NCBI RefSeq assembly: GCF_004010195.1
Contig: NC_057750.1
Location: 19,876,117-19,940,116, forward strand
From: Chiloscyllium plagiosum
Taxonomy: Eukaryota
Length of the DNA: 64,000 nt
Direction: 5' to 3'
Notes under the pieces: generated by a model
What the model was told of the DNA's origin: nothing
Database searches by the model: none
Seen by the model: only the letters and a program-made list of their open reading frames with translations
Shown: piece after piece, positions 62,531 to 64,000 of the stretch
Numbering within the stretch: position 1 is the stretch's first letter
Layout: every line of letters begins with the position of its first letter
Position numbers and translations under genes: made by a program

Positions 62531-64000
62531 ATCCACCTGTAACCTTTCAGCTTCCCCAGCACCCTCTCCTTACTGATGGTCACATTCCACTCACAGCTGC
62601 CCCTGACTCCTGGAAGTTCTGCTACATTGCAGGTGTCTTTCACTGTGTGAACTGATGCAAAGTTGCTTTCCAGTTCTTCTGCCATTTGTTTTCCCCCCAT
62701 TACTACTTCTTAAGCGGTCCAACATCCACTCTAATCTCTCTTTAAGCTTTTACATATTGAAAAAACTCCTGCTATCTTTTTTTATGTTACTAACTAGCTT
62801 ACACCTATTTTGATCTCCTCCCACCTTATCTTTTTTGTTTAGTTATCCTTTCCTGGGTTTTAAAGGCTTTGTAATCCTCTGGTTTCCCACTTATCTTTTC
62901 CACCCAAACCCACACTCTCTTCCCATCTACCTGTCCTTTTGTATCCTTGGATATTTAGTTCCCAGCCCTGATCTCCTTACAGCCCTATCTCTGTGAAACC
63001 AACAGCAATTGGTTGTATACTCACACAGTTAAGTACAGCACTCTCAATCCTACATTGACTGACCCCCTTCTCATAGTTGTCCCCTGACCTGAAGTGAGAT
63101 TCTTGACCCTTTCCATACTCTCTGTCGTAGTACTTGCTCTGGAAACTTTAATAACCTCTCCTGAGACCTCCCTCACCTTTTATTTAAAGTCTTTGTGACC
63201 TCAATTTACCTCGATATGTGCCATCAGTTCATAGAACACAGAACATAGAACAATCCAGCGCAGAACAGGCCCTTCAGCCCTCGATGCTGTGCCGACCTGT
63301 GAACTATTCTCAGCTCGTTCCCCTACACTATCCCATCTTCATCCATGTGCTTATCTAAGGATTGTTTAAATCTCCCTAATGTGGCTGAGTTGACTACATT
63401 AGCAGGTAGGGCATTTCTCGCCCTTACCACTCTCTGCGTAAAGAACCTGCCTCTGACATCTACCTTATTCTGAACACCTCATGCATTAAGACACAAAAAC
63501 TTTGAAGTTTGCTCTGTTGTCGAGTTTACCTCCTCTTTTATGGATCCTTGGTAAAATATGACATTCACATGTTCTGTACTATCCTTTTATTTTCTGATAG
63601 CAAACAACCCCATTACTAACCAGCAACACTACCTGCTCCCTTACCTTGTACTTTATGATTTTCTATGCAACTGAAAGCATGCACATACAACTTCCGCTAT
63701 TTAATTTACAACCTTACCTGCAGCCCTAGTTCTGCAATTCGCGAGGACTCTGGACCCACCCAGTTTGTTTCAGGTGCAGACTGTCCCATCAGGACAGCCC
63801 TCTCCTTCCCCCTTGCTGGTGCTAATGTCCCATGATTTTGAATCTGTTTCTCCCACAGCGATCTTTAAGCCATATGTTTACCTCTTTAATCTTGTTGATT
63901 CTGTGGCAATTAGCTTGTGGCTCAGATAGTAATCTGAAGAAGATTAACATTTTGGTTCTCCTTTCTAATTTATCCTCTCATTTTCCCTCAGCAGAACACT
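62530..64000 (-). mobile_element. Degraded CR1 pieces with a nested younger CR1 3' end at about 63232-63470
   Basis: AEELESNFASV..TISKERVLGKLKG; (ATAGAAC)n tail; ORF1-like segment at about 63750-63960. Confidence 0.7.

Overview
This is repeat-dense vertebrate DNA, most likely from a shark, judging by the HE1-like SINEs, CR1/HER1-like LINEs, Penelope elements and a GPR139-like GPCR cluster. It contains three assembly gaps and no intact protein-coding gene. (1) There are two copies of a degraded class I (gamma/epsilon-like) endogenous retrovirus on the minus strand, at 1-6273 and 13918-18244. Both have a tRNA-Ser primer-binding site. Both lack protease, RT and RNase H, with the gag stop joined directly to the RT connection domain, but keep integrase; copy 1 also keeps env. 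They share the same LTR/Penelope junction, so they come from one segmental duplication. (2) Penelope-like elements are accompanied by many short, TSD-flanked palindromic derivatives carrying minimal hammerhead-ribozyme motifs (about 14 in 64 kb), some with apparently locally templated spacers. (3) There are two GPR139-like GPCR loci: a two-exon gene with a single frameshift, and a decayed copy that has captured a CR1 ORF1 hairpin. Three paralogous copies of their 3' flank point to a tandem array. (4) The rest includes a CpG-rich 300-bp tandem duplicate whose reconstructed splice donor is split by a LINE, plus many CR1, SINE, Tigger, Gypsy and Tx1 fragments and simple repeats. All calls come from reading the sequence by eye; no searches were run.
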